Assembly: GCA_034226945.1 (NCBI GenBank)
Contig: CP120456.1
Location: 930,001 to 994,000, forward strand
Direction of reading: 5' to 3'
Length of the DNA stretch: 64,000 bases
From: Picochlorum sp. SENEW3
Lineage: Eukaryota
Shown here: positions 9,239 to 21,510 of the stretch, in pieces
Position numbering within the stretch: the first letter of the stretch is position 1
How the letters are laid out: each line of letters opens with the position of its first letter
The notes under the pieces: model-generated
Database searches by the model: none
Seen by the model: only the letters and a program-made list of their open reading frames with translations
Told to the model about the DNA's origin: nothing
Translations under genes and position numbers: made by a program

Positions 9239-10900
9239 ATGAAAGAAAAAACGCCATCAAAGGCATCTAGGGGAACTCCTGCAAGGTACGAGGAATTCAA
9301 ATTTGAACGTTCGTTGGTGTTGCCAAAAGCGGGGCTAGATGCGACTATGACGGATGTATGTAGGTCTAAAAAGGATAGTAATCTTTTGACTGGTATTTTA
9401 AAGAGGCGATTAGCCAGAGAGGAGCAGGACAAACAGGCCAAGGCAAAACTCGAAGAGGCACGGCAACGGGCGTCCGAAAGAGAGGCTAATTCGGATGTGG
9501 AACAGCATATTCTGTCTCTTGAACAGCAAATTAATGATTCATTCGGTGGAGACTGTAATGAAGAGTCCACAGAGAGCTTTTTAGAGTCCGTTCAGGTGAT
9601 TCGGGGTGTGGAGCAGCTGGATGATCTGGACATTCAGTTGGGAGAAACGCTGTTTGGGAGGAAAATGAAGGAAATACTGGGCTGTATGAGTGCTTCACTT
9701 GGATATACAGAGAAACAGAGGACGTTGATGATTGTGGGTGAATTTATGCTGTCTGGAATGATGGAGGCACTGGTGCAAACTCAAGGGGTGTGCCCAAAAG
9801 AGTTGCTGTGTTTAATGGTTCGCATCATTGGACATCATGATGATATCGAAGAGGCCGGTAACGCAAAAAGATGTTTGGAAAGGATATGGAAACTTCTTTA
9901 TATCGGCAAGAAGAAGCCTGCGAGTCTTCCCAATGCTGTGACACGTGTGCATGTTGCTGATCTACCCAGTTTTGGAGATTATTACAAGGAATTGGTTGCC
10001 AACGGATGTCAGATGAAAGCTGTGGAGGTGAAGGAGGATGTTCGAAGTCAAGGATACCCTGAAAGTTCTAGGATTCATTTTATTGGACTTGTATTGGATG
10101 CTATCAGTGACTATTGCTGCTTTCTAAAGGATGCTCGGTGTCATCTTGATCAGAGTGAGATTGAGCAGGCATCCATACTGGTGCAATTGGTGATATGTCT
10201 TCGATATGATCCCAATGCTTTTCGAATCCTAGAAAGCCTTGATACGGCGCTTGTGTGCTTGCTGGGCGCATTTGATGATGTGACATGGAAAATGCTGCTC
10301 CCTACTCTAAGTTATCAAATGGCAGTCGCATTTTCAATGGATGCGCCGAAAGGCCTCAAGGTCAGAGTGATCAGAGGATTGCCGTGTGGATTTAGAATTT
10401 TGAATAAGCGTATGGATCCTATTCGCCGAAGATGCACAGAGTTGCAGCAACTCGCTGCAGCACTCATGCTGGATGTCATCTTGGAGCCATTGGATTCGAG
10501 AAAGCAACCGCGCAAATCCATCACGACCCGGTATCCACTGGATGTAGAAAGCTTTATATCGTCGCAGAATTGGTTCTCTAATATGGAGCTTCTATCCGAA
10601 TGCCCATCGTCCGAATCAAATGCTATGAACCATTTCACCAGGGTTGAGATGCTTCTCCATCTGTCCAATCTCATGATGTGGCCGTACATTCTCACAGCCA
10701 TGAATTCATCTACAGCTCCTATTACGTATCTGACGACGACATTTTTGAAGAAATGGGCAAACATGCTGGCCCAACTTCAGCGAAGAATTAAGAATCTGAA
10801 TCCTGAGGAACAGGCTGTCAAAGTATTGGCAAATTTCTGGAAAATGCAGTATGAGACGTATCTCGACGAATACTGCAATATTAAAAATATCCATGTATGA
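9239..10900 (+). CDS. Helical protein, possible SLF2/Nse6 (CANIN/FAM178 domain) SMC5/6 loader subunit
   Basis: 553 aa single ORF; N-terminal coiled coil and a helical pattern (LPSFGDYYKELVANG; LVICLRYDP...LLGAFD..W; RCTELQQLAA; VKVLA) recalling the CANIN domain; assignment by recall only. Confidence 0.5.
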   Translation: MKEKTPSKASRGTPARYEEFKFERSLVLPKAGLDATMTDVCRSKKDSNLLTGILKRRLAREEQDKQAKAKLEEARQRASEREANSDVEQHILSLEQQINDSFGGDCNEESTESFLESVQVIRGVEQLDDLDIQLGETLFGRKMKEILGCMSASLGYTEKQRTLMIVGEFMLSGMMEALVQTQGVCPKELLCLMVRIIGHHDDIEEAGNAKRCLERIWKLLYIGKKKPASLPNAVTRVHVADLPSFGDYYKELVANGCQMKAVEVKEDVRSQGYPESSRIHFIGLVLDAISDYCCFLKDARCHLDQSEIEQASILVQLVICLRYDPNAFRILESLDTALVCLLGAFDDVTWKMLLPTLSYQMAVAFSMDAPKGLKVRVIRGLPCGFRILNKRMDPIRRRCTELQQLAAALMLDVILEPLDSRKQPRKSITTRYPLDVESFISSQNWFSNMELLSECPSSESNAMNHFTRVEMLLHLSNLMMWPYILTAMNSSTAPITYLTTTFLKKWANMLAQLQRRIKNLNPEEQAVKVLANFWKMQYETYLDEYCNIKNIHV

Positions 10901-11002
10901 TACTTTGAGTTACATATACGTTTTCGTTGGTGTGAAAAAATCAGTTCTTTCTTCATTCATCTTGACAAACTTCATGCATGTTTGCATGCAAGAGTAATAA
11001 TA

Positions 11003-12506
11003 CTAACACAGGAAAATCTTTTGAACGACCTTCTTTAAAGACCCTTCGCTATTAGAGGACTCCTTTTCCTTCAGAACTTCTGATGTTGGCGTGGCGTCTC
11101 TTCTGCTGAGTCTGCGCAGAAGAGACATGCGAGAAAGCGGCCTCACCTGCCTCTGTGAATTGCTCACTAATCTATCCTCATCGTCGCCTTTCTCATGTGG
11201 CTCATTTGGCGTTTCTAATTCACTGTGTTGAACTACAATATCTGATCCGCACATGGGCGTTGCATCATCTTCCGTTCCTTTGGGAATGTGGGCACCACCA
11301 TGATGTGCTGACCCATGAATGAACACATCTGCCTTGAGAGGAGGCTCTTGTGGATTTTCTGAATGAGGAACAATCTCGAAAGTCTCTGAAGTTTCCGAAA
11401 CATGGCGTACTGGATCACATGGCGTTGCATGATCACGTCTCTGAAGCAGTTTAGTAATCCTACGGCGAAGTGTGAATGCAGATGGGCGATCCTCTGAGCG
11501 ATACTCCATCATATCCAGGATAATATTTTGACATTCTACGGATACACACGAAGGAAAAGACCCTATGTTATAGCTTAAAATAGCGTCTTTAATCGCCTGC
11601 TTGCCTTTCCCAACAAAAGGCAATTTTCCAGTAACAAGTTCATACAGTGTCACTCCAAGAGCCCATATGTCCACCTTTTCATCCGTCGGATGAATATCCT
11701 GAGGTTTGATCTGGCGCTGGACAATCTTCTCCACCGGAGGCAACAACACCACTTCCGGGGCCATATACTCCACGGTACCAACAGGTGATATGGCAGATTC
11801 CTGAAGTCTGCACATGGTCAATCCAAAGTCACCCAGCTTGACCTTGCCATCTTTGTCGAGGAATATATTTTCCAGTTTCAAATCTCTATGGATGATCTGA
11901 AGAGAATGAAGGTGACAGAGAGTGTCCAGCAATGGCACTCCTATCCGACGAAGGGCATCAACTTCATGCATGGCCTTTTTCCTGTCCAAGATCCACTCCA
12001 GCAAATCACCTCCAGGGCAGTACTCCATCACTATATAGTAGTTAAACTCATCTGCAAAGGCAGTAAAAATCTGTACAGTGTTTGGGACTTTTCTTGAAGC
12101 AAAATATCGCATCATTGCTATTTCTCTCTTGATGGCTCTCAACTTTGTACTAGACACTTTGCCCCTCTCATACACTTTGATGGCCACCTCCAACCCCTGC
12201 TGCTCTGCTTCAGGGACATCTCCTACGCTCACATCTGTTGAGACATTTTGTAACCTCTTGCAAAACGCCTTGTATATGATAGTATCCCTGCACAATAAGA
12301 GTACACATTCTCGTCAGTCATCATTCACGGACGAGTCCCTGAATACTAAGAGCAACGCACTTGCCACGCCCCACTTCCACAATCCTCTCAAAATCCTTGC
12401 CAATATCCCAATTTCTCTCGTGAAATATACCAATTGGACACCTTGGTTGATCCATATGCTCCGCACGTGCCTTCACAGAATCCTTGAGAGCATGATCTGT
12501 CATCAT
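11003..12506 (-). CDS. Aurora-like (CALK-type) Ser/Thr kinase, 2 exons
   Basis: Exons 12506-12361 and 12287-11003 joined by a GT..AG intron give GRGK-DTIIYKA; VAIK, HRDLKLEN, DFG, GTVEYMAPE, EKVDIWALG. Confidence 0.85.
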
Positions 12507-13161
12507 TTAACTATTTTTATACTAGACCTGTTTCCTTGCTTTTCACCTTCGCAACAGTGATCACTAAACTGAATCCGTCACTCCCGCGACCAAAAGCAGC
12601 TTCAGTAATAGTCCTATCACTTGATAGTCTCTCTCGATCGATTCAGAAGAATATCGATCGACCGACGAATCAATGGTCTACTCCTTTTGGGCTTTGAACA
12701 ACAACACACGTGGCTAGCTGTTTGCTCACCTGCCCTCCATCCATTGATATCCCGACCTCATTCGACTATATATTTGTACACTATTCTATCAGTACCTATG
12801 GTCGAAGCTGGTGCGAATGAGAAAGAAGACGAGGTCGACCACTGACGTCCCCTTGGGGTTGACTCGGTGATGGTTGGAAAAGACACGCAGAGCGCCAGTC
12901 AACGACACGAAAATATTCTCCCTGATATTCTATCGTAAAAACCTATATTTGAAGTAATACTATCTTCCTTAATATTGAAGCTATGCGAGTGACAGCAATC
13001 GCATGTCCTTGGGGGTCCGACGGTTGTCCTAGGCAATACGCTTTAATGGCGCCCCCGTTGAACTTTTTATGGTCATGCATGACAACCACAGCCCGATGGA
13101 AGATTTTTTGACCTTCTTTTGCTTGTCTGATTTTAAAATAAATGAATCATTAAATACTATA

Positions 13162-14933
13162 TCATTTGCCGCATTCGCGATAGTAATATTCCATTGGGTG
13201 GTCACACATTCCATGTGTGCATGAAGCATCATTGAATGCAATGCACTTGGTACCATGTCCAGTCATTTTCTCAGGGGAGCATTCCGATGTACTGCAACAG
13301 AAGACACCTTCATCTTTGTGGCTAATTTGCAGGCCAAGCATCCATGCTCCAACGGAAGTGTCTTCATTTGCATATGCTTGCAATACCTGTCTGCTGCGGG
13401 CCAGATGTCTGGCGATTGCCCTGGTGAAGCCATAAAAGTCTCCTGAGGCATGCCTGGGGTACTGTATATTGCTATCTTCATCTGTTTTATCGCCAAATCT
13501 CCAGGAGTCTTTCTCGAACCAGGCGCTGCCAGGCTCTGTGACGACTGCTCCAGACTTCATGCAGCCAAGGTACAGATTGCCCTGGTTTCGAAATGGTTTG
13601 AGGAATTTTTCAAGTCGTTCTGGGAATACGAGCATTGAATCTTTTGATATAAAATAATATCGCGCATCGAATTGTTTCACAGCTCGTTGCAGACCAAAGA
13701 GGACACGATCAGCTCCGAGAGATTTGCTAACACCTGCATCCATCAAAATCAAATCTTTGCCATGGGCTTCATACTCTTGTTGAACTTTTTCTTTGTGGGG
13801 ACCTGAAAAGCGATTGTCGACTAAAAATTTGACAAGCGTGGTTTTCTGCTGTTTCCCAGAACCCCATGTTTTTCGTATTGCCATTCGTTTGTCGGCATTC
13901 TGCGCATCTGATTGAACCAGAATCACTGCAGTGTACTCTGGAGTTTCTGACCCCTCTAATGATATTTCTTCTGCATCATTTTCTGCCCTTCTCCAAGGAA
14001 GTTGCGTCTCAATCTCGTCCCATAGTTTCGTCAGCTGGTTATTTCTTTGTGTGATGATTTTGTCTTTCCGTGCAATTACAGTTTGTGCACTGACTTCTCT
14101 GGTACTCTCTTCGAACTGCACTGGAGAATGGAACGCCTCTATCATTTTTGATTTAGGTTTCTTTGGATCTGCGATGAATAATCGCAGTTGATGGATCCCC
14201 AATGGAATCCGAGGCAATGAAATATTGAATGTCAAGATGGGCACACTATCCTGCTCTGTGCTGTCATCACCACGACAAACAGCCACCATGTCCGTCGTCG
14301 GATCTTCTTCAACAGATTCAATATTTATACGAGATACTATGTGCCCGTCTATTCCCACGTATCCTATAAGAACAGTCTGCTCAGATGTTTCCTCTCGATT
14401 GCAGGCCCATCCTAACAAAAACCCTTCTTCAATGGTATCAATGGAAGCGATCGATGTCTTTGATGTGGGTGCTAACACATCTTCTTTTGAAGGAAATTTG
14501 ACGCCAATGTCTTTGATGCGATCCGGAATGTCCCCATGACTGATGGACCTGATGCTGTAAAAGGATGGCTCAGTCTTCTTGCTGCAGTCTCCCGTGGCTC
14601 TGGAACGGCTCGTGCTTCCTAAAGAACCAGCGTCCTCTACTTTGAAATTATATAACTCTGATCTCTACAGAGAGTGTGAAGAATATTAATACAGTTAGAG
14701 CACGCGACATTTCAAATGAGGACGACAGAGACAAACGCACCAGCCTTTCTATTTCACGATGACCTTGCCATAACCTACAGGAGCGAGCCATAACTTTTAA
14801 AAACAGTAAAGATACATTCTTTAATAAATTTATAGACGTACCGAGATGAAATGTACACTGTTGCGGCAAGAGCTAAGAAACTGAGAAATGTCAATTTCGA
14901 CTGCTGGATCCTTTGTCCAGACTGATTTTTCAT
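13162..14933 (-). CDS. GT31 beta-1,3-galactosyltransferase (HPGT-like), 3 exons
   Basis: ATG 14933, TM anchor LSFLALAATVYISSRLWQ after splicing, last exon from 14664; RMAIRKTW, LYLGCMKSG, YPRHASG, YANEDTSVGAWMLGL. Confidence 0.85.
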
Positions 14934-15110
14934 TGAACTGTATCACAATTTTACATACATAAAATATCAAACCAGAATATGAATAGGTTCAGCAGGGCAT
15001 TCGATGCATGTAGTCGACCCATTGAGCTCGGCATGGCCCCTGGGCTGACCAAGATCTCCCATCTGGATCTCTGGAGCAACATGTAGTTGAAACATACCGA
15101 GGAGAGTACA

Positions 15111-17907
15111 TCAATCTTGTTGAACAGGATCCTGTATTCGTTCTTCTGCCTGATTCACGGGATTCTGGGCATTATTCTCGTCTCCTCTCCCTTGCTGTGC
15201 ACCATGCTGTGTCGAGCGCCTTCTCCATACAATTAGCCCTAGTATTGCCACAAGCCACATAAGTAAGGACGAATCCACGGCGTCGTCAACAAAATCAAAT
15301 AGTTTCCCCAAGGATATGAGCGATTTCACCGGTGCATGGAGAGCATATGCTGCCATGCCAAAGATTGTTGCTTTCTGAGCTCCAGAAGAGTCTGATTCGA
15401 ACATGGGGTTGATTAGCCCAATCAGAGCATTGGGAAGTTTTGGCCTCGTCATATCCCAGAATTGGTGCACTCGTAGCCATAGAACTGCAAGGAAATTGGG
15501 GAGGTATGTGCCCGGACCAATGAGCATTGCTTGATCATAGTACCTCTTTGCAATATGCATATCTCGGGGCATGCCGAGTCCATATTGGTGCATATATCCG
15601 AGGTTGAACAATGCTCTTGCATTGTTACGCTTCGAGGCAGCAGTATAGAAGTGTCCAGCTCTTTTCAAATCAACATCCACCCCTCTACCATACCAGTATG
15701 CATCTCCCAAAGGAATCAATGCACCCGAGTTTCCTTGTCCAGCAGAGAGCTTCAACATGTATGCAGCAAGGGTATCAGATTTTGGTCCATTATAGCCATA
15801 CGCTCGCCGAAGGAGCCATGCAGCATTACTTTGTGCAAGTTCCACACCAATGCTTGCACCCTTCAAGTAGTTGTAAAGCGACCAACTATAATCACCTTTC
15901 TCATAGTCGCCTGCCGCTTCTGATAAGCTTGCCCAGCCACGCTCGGCTACTTTTTTCAGGAGCTTGACTGCATCTTCACATGCATCGGCTGAGCTCGCAC
16001 TTGTGCCTGTCAGATGCAAAACAGCCAAGTTGTATGATGCTAGCAAGTTGCCTCCTTTGGATGCGGTCTGGAAATATTGCGATGCCAAAGAGACGTCTCG
16101 CGTCACACCCCAACCATGCAGGCGTACTAATCCTGCAAAAATAATAAAATATGAGCAATGGAAAAGATGGCACACAGTGTGCTTCCTCTCTTCGCCGCCG
16201 ACAGGATTTGAACCTGCGCGTGTCTCCACAACGGATTGTTCAGGTCGCCTGAACCGCTCTCGAAAGCCGCGTTCGAGCGACTATTCAAATCCGGCCCCTT
16301 AACCACTCGGGCACAGCGGCTTGGAGTGCAAAACCGAATTTCCAGGGCTACAGGTCTAGATGAGTCACGCCACGGAGCCTTACAAAACGACGTACCTGCG
16401 TAAAAATAAGCATCCGATTTACCAATCCAGTCTTGTTTGATATCTATTGATCTCTTGAAGTACTTGGCGGCCAATATGTGGTCCACTTGGGACCCTTGAC
16501 CTGTGAGGTGCATCAAGCCTAGACCGAAAAGGCCACTTGGATGTCCTGCAATACACAATCGTTAGTGTGAAGCGTCCTAGTACAATTATATTCATGCGCA
16601 CGGACCTTTTTCTGCTGCTTTTGTGAACCAAGATCGCGCAGTCGCATTGTTCTGAGCAACAGCTATACCATTTGCGTATGCATGACCAACATGTGCCATG
16701 GCATCAGCATCACCCATCTCGGCAGCTTGCAACAAATAATCCAATGCGGATATAAGATTTTGTTCTTCTCCATGGGTAAGAAGATGTGCAACTGCCCGCG
16801 CAGCTTCAGCATGGCCATAATCTGCAAACCATTGATAGTGCAGGAATTCTTGCTCTGCTGAGGGCGATGGCCTTGATTGCCGTTTCTTGTCCCCAAGCCT
16901 CATGTCGTTTATGGTAGGAAGTCCTCCATCCACTGTCGCTGCGGACACGACGGAAGATGCCACGGGTTCATAATACAAGAGTGCTGCTGGACAGCTCTTT
17001 TCAACTCCAAGACCCTGCACCACCCACGCAATCTGTGAGAATCACTCCACATACAAGAAACACGTAACCAGCATCTCATGTAGAAAATACATACATGATA
17101 GTACCGAAAACCAAGGGCCATCTTTGCTAATGGATCATCTCCTTTGGCAGCAAAAGAAAAGTGTAGCATTGCAAGATCCAAGTCAGGTTCTTTCAAAACA
17201 AATAGCCAGTCATCATCATTTGGAGCAACTGGCTCTACACCGACAGAATATAATACACCCAAGTCAGCCTGAAATTCGGCAATTCCAACCGCAGCCAACT
17301 CCTTCACCAGTCGGTGAGCTATTGCTGGATTCAAGGGCACTCCAGAACCTACACAGTCACACCTCGTTTTAAATCCATCTCTGTGATACCACACGAGTAC
17401 CAAACATGTCGTACCATCTCTAAATGCAAAAATAAGCTCTCGGACAGCGTCGATGTGCTGAATAGTGCCATTGCGCCATTCAACCTGGACATCATCTGCA
17501 GTGTAATAGAGAGATCCGTTCATTTCATATCCAGATGCACTGGAATGATTCATGGACAGATGCACGATCCCAGCGGCGGCATATAGCTGATGAACAGACA
17601 ACCTCAGTTCCTCTTTACTGGCGTGGTCCTTCAATCGGGTAGCCATTGCTTTTTTGAAGAGTTCCTCTGCTCTACTGCTGCTGTCATTTCTGTGTTCTTC
17701 TTCTTTCAGAGAGGATGTCTCGTGTTTCTCATGAGCTGTCGCATTATTCTCCCCAACACTGATATTAGAAACATCAATATTGCCCACCAGAACACCGTCA
17801 GATGGGGTGTCAAGGTCTCCTTTTGTGTTTTGGCAGCACGACAGCACCAAGACTAAAACGATCACTACAGACGCCCATTTCCCTCTAATGAAGCAGTGCC
17901 GTCTCAT
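15111..17907 (-). CDS. HRD3: ERAD component HRD3/SEL1L (Sel1 repeats), 5 exons
   Basis: Exons 17907-17415, 17348-17095, 17014-16606, 16545-16396, 16132-15111 sum to an in-frame 775 aa; signal peptide, Sel1 repeats, GVELAQSNAAWLL, ALFNLGYMHQYGLG, AKRYYDQA, C-terminal TM. Confidence 0.9.
16193..16320 (-). tRNA. tRNA-Ser(UGA) with a 47-nt intron at position 37/38 (16237-16283)
   Basis: GCCGCTG acceptor stem pairs with CGGCGGC, discriminator G, D-loop AGTGGTTA, anticodon arm CGGA-TT-TGA-A/A-TCCG, long variable arm, T arm GCAGG-TTCAAAT-CCTGT. Confidence 0.93.
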
Positions 17908-18336
17908 TATTAAAAAACAAGCTATATTTCAGCTGATATGAGTCCGTTATTGCTGTCCAATCCGAGAAAATGCGTGGATCAACATTTTTTCGAACGAGTC
18001 CTCAGCATCTGACGACCATTCTAGAGCATCCAACCAAGGATTCAAATCAAAGACGTATAAATCTTTAGTTCAATTTATCAATTCCCCTGAATTTGAGACT
18101 TTTGGCTCGAGTTGCATTTCTTTCGAGAAAGCATTTGCTGAAACCATGCGATTGATGCGACATGAGACACCTGGCAAACAGTCAAACACTCTTGGGCAAA
18201 CAAACGCTTGACAATCGTCCAGATAGTTGCGACACCGTTGATCAGATGATTTAGTAGAACCATGACACGATATTTCAGTAGAAAAAACAGCATATGCGTT
18301 TTTTTTTTCCTACCTGTGTCGTATACGTGCAGCAGT

Positions 18337-18900
18337 ATGTGGACATTGTCGGTCATACTCCTCATCTTTTTGCCAGCTCTTTGCCAGGGACATGGGTTCC
18401 TGAAACACCCACCCAGTAGAAACTTTCTAGCTTCCAGCTACTACTGCCCACAATGTTTAAACGCTGCTCCAACAAATCCGAATGGGGAGTCGTTCCCTGA
18501 TGGAAAACATGGTATCTGCGGAGATCCGTATTTCTCCCCAACGCCTCGTGATCATGAAGCGATGGGCAAGTTTTGGACAGGCGAGTCGCAAGCGACCTAT
18601 AAAGAAGGCCAAGTTATTGAGCTCAATGTGTTTGTCACAGCATATCACAAAGGAAATTTTGAGTTCAGTATTTGCAAAATTGACGGAACGAGGGCAGAGG
18701 ATGAAGCAAGCCAGTTTACACAGGGATGTCTTGATGAGCACAAGCTTGTTCAAGCAAATGTTCCACAAGCACAGGTGCCAGGAGACACCTATTATTATAT
18801 CGGACCAAGTTCAGATGGGTTGGTGACGGGAAACAACTGGGAACAAACAATGTACTATAATGTAATAATAGTATTTATATTATACATCATATGCATATAG
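18337..18900 (+). pseudogene. C-terminally truncated lytic polysaccharide monooxygenase (AA15/AA10-like, chitin-binding type 4)
   Basis: Signal peptide then His1 (QG|HGFLKHPPSRN), GICGDP, VTAYHKGNFEFSIC; frame drifts into AT-rich DNA after about 18861 without the usual LQW...CADI half. Confidence 0.7.
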
Positions 18901-19059
18901 CTATGTGACTGTAGTGTTTTCCGTTGTATCACACGTCGGGGATGTCCTCCTCTGCTCGTGTCCGAGGCCTCTGGAAGACATTTTTCCCCACATTCCAACA
19001 GATTTTGAAAGTATGCCCACATGATGTAAGAAAGTCTAACAAGGTATAAAAATCAATAT

Positions 19060-19826
19060 CTAATTACCGACAGCAGCATTCATAGCAGAATACACCTCCA
19101 CCCCTACTTGGGCTGCGGCAATCTCGTAATCATCTCCCTTTGCCTGTACTGATGCCAGCTTTGCTGTGTACTCCTGCAGCCCCGCCTTGACGGCCTCTGG
19201 GTCCAAATCACTCACTGGGACAGCCTCAACAGCACACACATCAGCAGTAGAATCTTCATGTACAAATGCAAAGCCACCACTGACAAAATACTTCTCTACA
19301 TCCTTGTCCAATTCCTTGTGAACTGTTACCAGCCCAGGACGGAGTTCTGCAACAGTTGGAACATGCCCAGGCATCACTCCAAAATCACCAGTCACGGCTG
19401 GCATCAACACCAGATCCACATTTTCCCCTTTAAATACGGTGCTGTGGGGCATGAAGAAGTTGAACTTCAATTTATCCGGGGTGACACCGGCTTTCTCCTC
19501 TTCACCTGCAGCCTCCTTGGGAACGAAGTTGCTAGGGAACTCGGGTGGGGCAAGGGTTCCCCCGATAGGCTCGAATTTTTTCAAAAATTCCTGTATATAG
19601 TAATAATATGGCTCATATCCTGACGATTCATCGCAAAAGAAGAAAGAATTGTGCCGATTTCATGAGATTCGCAACACGAGCAAAAGTGACCAATCTGGCG
19701 TACCTGTTTGCTATTTGCACTGGCATCTTCCTCTTCGAATTTTATCAGTGAACTGGAAACCCCGCGCTGGCTCATAATACGCTGTTGCGCAAGGGCAACA
19801 ACTCTGGAACTCGCGCGTCTCAACAT
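19060..19826 (-). CDS. ATP16: Mitochondrial ATP synthase delta subunit, 2 exons
   Basis: Exons 19826-19704 and 19590-19060; presequence MLRRASSR; KLKFNFFMPH, GDFGVMPGHVPTVAELRPG, YFVSGGFAFVH, VCAVEA. Confidence 0.95.
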
Positions 19827-20333
19827 GGCGTATCAGTGTCCTCTGCCACCTGTTGGCTTTCCAATGACACGATTTTTTTATTTTTTTCAGTTTATTGGCT
19901 ATTTGGAGATGTTGGCATGGATGACTGTATTCTTCCCATGCGATCGCTCTAAGAGGATTCATCCATCAAGCTTCTAGCTTGATCATAAGGCTGTTTTTTG
20001 TTTGATGTTTGGTCAGAGTGACTGTTACATGAATGTATGCAGAAGGAAATCACCTGATGACGATGAAAGAAGAAAGAAAGAAAGAGGGTACGTATCATTC
20101 AGAGAATCAAATCGACAGGTAATGCATTAGTAAGACATGGTCAAAAAAAAAAAAACTCTTGTAGAGAGATCTTTCTCTCCCTAATTGCATTCGACATTAG
20201 AAGCCCAGTCGCAGAAGGACACAGCGAATAATTGAGAGATTGAGGAAGAGATAATTGTACAAGTATGTCACGGATGCTCCAATTCCTTTCGAAGTTCTTG
20301 AACGAGGGAGGTGGGAGGCCCCCTCTGCTATAG

Positions 20334-20940
20334 AAACGGCATAGCGGCATGATATGCCGTTTTCAACATATTTATCTGTCAAAGGACCCCTTTGATAGGC
20401 AAATTTGTTATGAAATCGATATGCTGGAGTATATTTGCAGCATATTTGCCTTGATTCTGCCACAGAGGGCCTTCATTTGTTTTAAAAACGTATTCTAGAT
20501 GCAATTAGTAATCATATATATACAAAGATCCAGACACAATTCCCGCAAGAAAAGTGTTTCTGACGACCAACCAAAGGTGGATGGCTGTAGGCATAACTAG
20601 TTATGCCAAGCTGATCAATAAAATTCTTCACCTTCGACTGTCCTGGTGCATGCTGCTAGATTCAATCAAGATCGTTGCAATGTCACGCTTTCACACAGCG
20701 AATTAGATGATTCGATGAAGTGCAGTTCAAATTCTGTTGGGCAGCATAGGGATGGCCTTCTTTCACCCTCCTACTAAGCCCATCTTTCGACCGGAGGATC
20801 TTCTGAGATAGCATGTCGGGCCCAAAGAAAAACGGCATAGCATAGCATAGACTATGGCATAGCGAGCCGCTATGCCGGTGACCCAAGCGTAGTGATGACA
20901 TCCGGCCCGTGCCATGAGGCCTCATGGCGGTGCATGGAGT
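20334..20940. repeat. Cluster of GGCATA-based palindromes and repeats (probable transposon subterminal region)
   Basis: AAACGGCATA-N9-TATGCCGTTT (about 20334-20362), perfect GGCATAACTAGTTATGCC (about 20590-20607), tandem GCATA repeats and GGCATAGCG-N-CGCTATGCC (20835-20877), GCCATGAGGCCTCATGGC (about 20911-20928). Confidence 0.55.
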
Positions 20941-21510
20941 TGATATGCTGTGACGATTCCTGTCAGACCCATATTTTTTTTGTGAGAATTATCTCGTCCC
21001 AAACTGACGTTTGTCAACGGCATCTCGCGAAGAAACATAGCTTCGCTGTGGTAGGCTACTACAGTAACGATAGTATAGACTCGGACGACGACTGGCGTAG
21101 TCGTGCGTTTCCGACCCTTGGTCTCGTCGTCTCGTATTATCAAAGTAGTAGTAATTCTTTAGTAGAGTTTATATACGAATTATAATTCCATAAAAAGGAC
21201 CGCCGGTGCTGCTGCTGCTGCTGGGCGTGCGGTTGGTTGTTGAGTGGAAACACCAGTTGTTGTTGTTAGTTTTTTTGCACGAGCGTTGACCCAGCAGCTG
21301 CGATCAACGCCCGTGGAGGCCGTGCACTGATCAGCCGAGCCTGTTCGGACGGATACAGAGACAACTATTACACACACAAGGTACGAATCCCATACAGACA
21401 TGAAGGACCACGTTTCATAACAGGGGAGTTACGATCAGTTTCCTTGTGTAGGTGACAAAGGAACCGTGGCGCGTGTGTGAGGAGGAAGAGATAAAGATAC
21501 GGTAGTGCCA

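Noticed and set aside
20054..20068. CTGATGA-CGAT-GAAA resembling a hammerhead ribozyme core
   Set aside because: No stem II and no pairing for stems I/III; flanks are purine-rich low complexity
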